Source: Macrostomum lignano (Eukaryota). Taken from it: a stretch of DNA of 64,000 nt. The DNA is taken from assembly GCA_002269645.1 (NCBI GenBank), contig NIVC01000045.1, positions 434,001 to 498,000 on the forward strand. Reading direction: 5' to 3'. Positions 63,264 through 64,000 of this stretch are shown piece by piece. The position numbers were made by a program, and so were the translations under genes. Positions within the stretch are counted from its first letter, which is position 1; every line of letters starts with the position of its first letter. The notes beneath the pieces are model-generated. The model was not told where the DNA came from and ran no database searches. It saw only the letters and a program-made list of their open reading frames with translations.

Positions 63264-64000
63264 ATTGTACATGCATTCAAATTATTGGAAACAATAATTA
63301 GACAAAAACAAATAAATGTTTCGAGTTGAAATTGCATAATAAAATATTAAAAAACTATAAGCTATTACAAAAATTTAAGTTCAAAGTGTGCTAAACTTCT
63401 TCATTTGGCTTGCATCAATATTTTGCTAATCAACAATCAGGTAAATGCTGCAAACTGTTAAAAATATATTCAACATTTTAACTTATTATAGTACAATCAT
63501 TAGAAGCAAACTTGCATCTATAATTTTTTATCAAAATTTTGTAGTCCATGCACTTTTGTAACCCTTTGAATATACCCTCTTGGTTAATGTCTGTTTTTCA
63601 AGATATGAGAACAAAAAAAGATATAACTAGAATAGAAATTATTGTTATGTTATTCTATGTAAAATAGCAAAGACAAAGCATACATGTGCAAAACTTGGCC
63701 AACCTGGCCAATCCAGCTGGCTGGCAATGGGCCTAGCCAAGGTAAGTTGCAAAATGCTAACCTGAGAAGACTAATTAGCATGAAAGATAAAAGGTTTAAT
63801 GGATAAAATATCACTAATTAGATGATCAGGCATTTATCCTTAATTAGATAGTCAAGTTACTCCTGCTGTTTACCCAAAATTGCATCAATTTTTTCCTTAG
63901 GGTTTTTTTTTATAGGTAAGTCAAACTTTTGTTCAAAAAGTAAGTTGCATGGCTAGTATAAATTATGGGTATTATGCAGGTATGAGACTAAAGCTAGATT

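Overview
Eukaryotic (metazoan) genomic DNA; GC-rich poly-Ala/Gly coding style with AT-rich introns would fit a Macrostomum-like flatworm, but that is a guess. Bases ~0.5-50 kb are a dense transposon cluster. The headline is three diverged, same-strand members of a Jockey/I-group non-LTR retrotransposon family whose ORF1 carries an ALKBH2/3-type 2OG-Fe(II) dioxygenase fused upstream of the Gag-like zinc-knuckle region. All three copies retain HxD...H and R-x5-R, and four related 3' ends share a covarying stem-loop. The cluster also holds a solo LTR that splits one AlkB domain, a DD37D (maT) Tc1/mariner, Gypsy and Polinton-type integrase remnants, a spliced KDZ transposase interrupted by a foldback element, and a zinc-finger/KMT5A-like SET pseudogene. 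Two minus-strand host genes end the window: a C9orf78/TLS1 homolog and a six-exon synaptobrevin/VAMP with an intronic minisatellite. All family calls come from motif recognition by eye; no database search was run.
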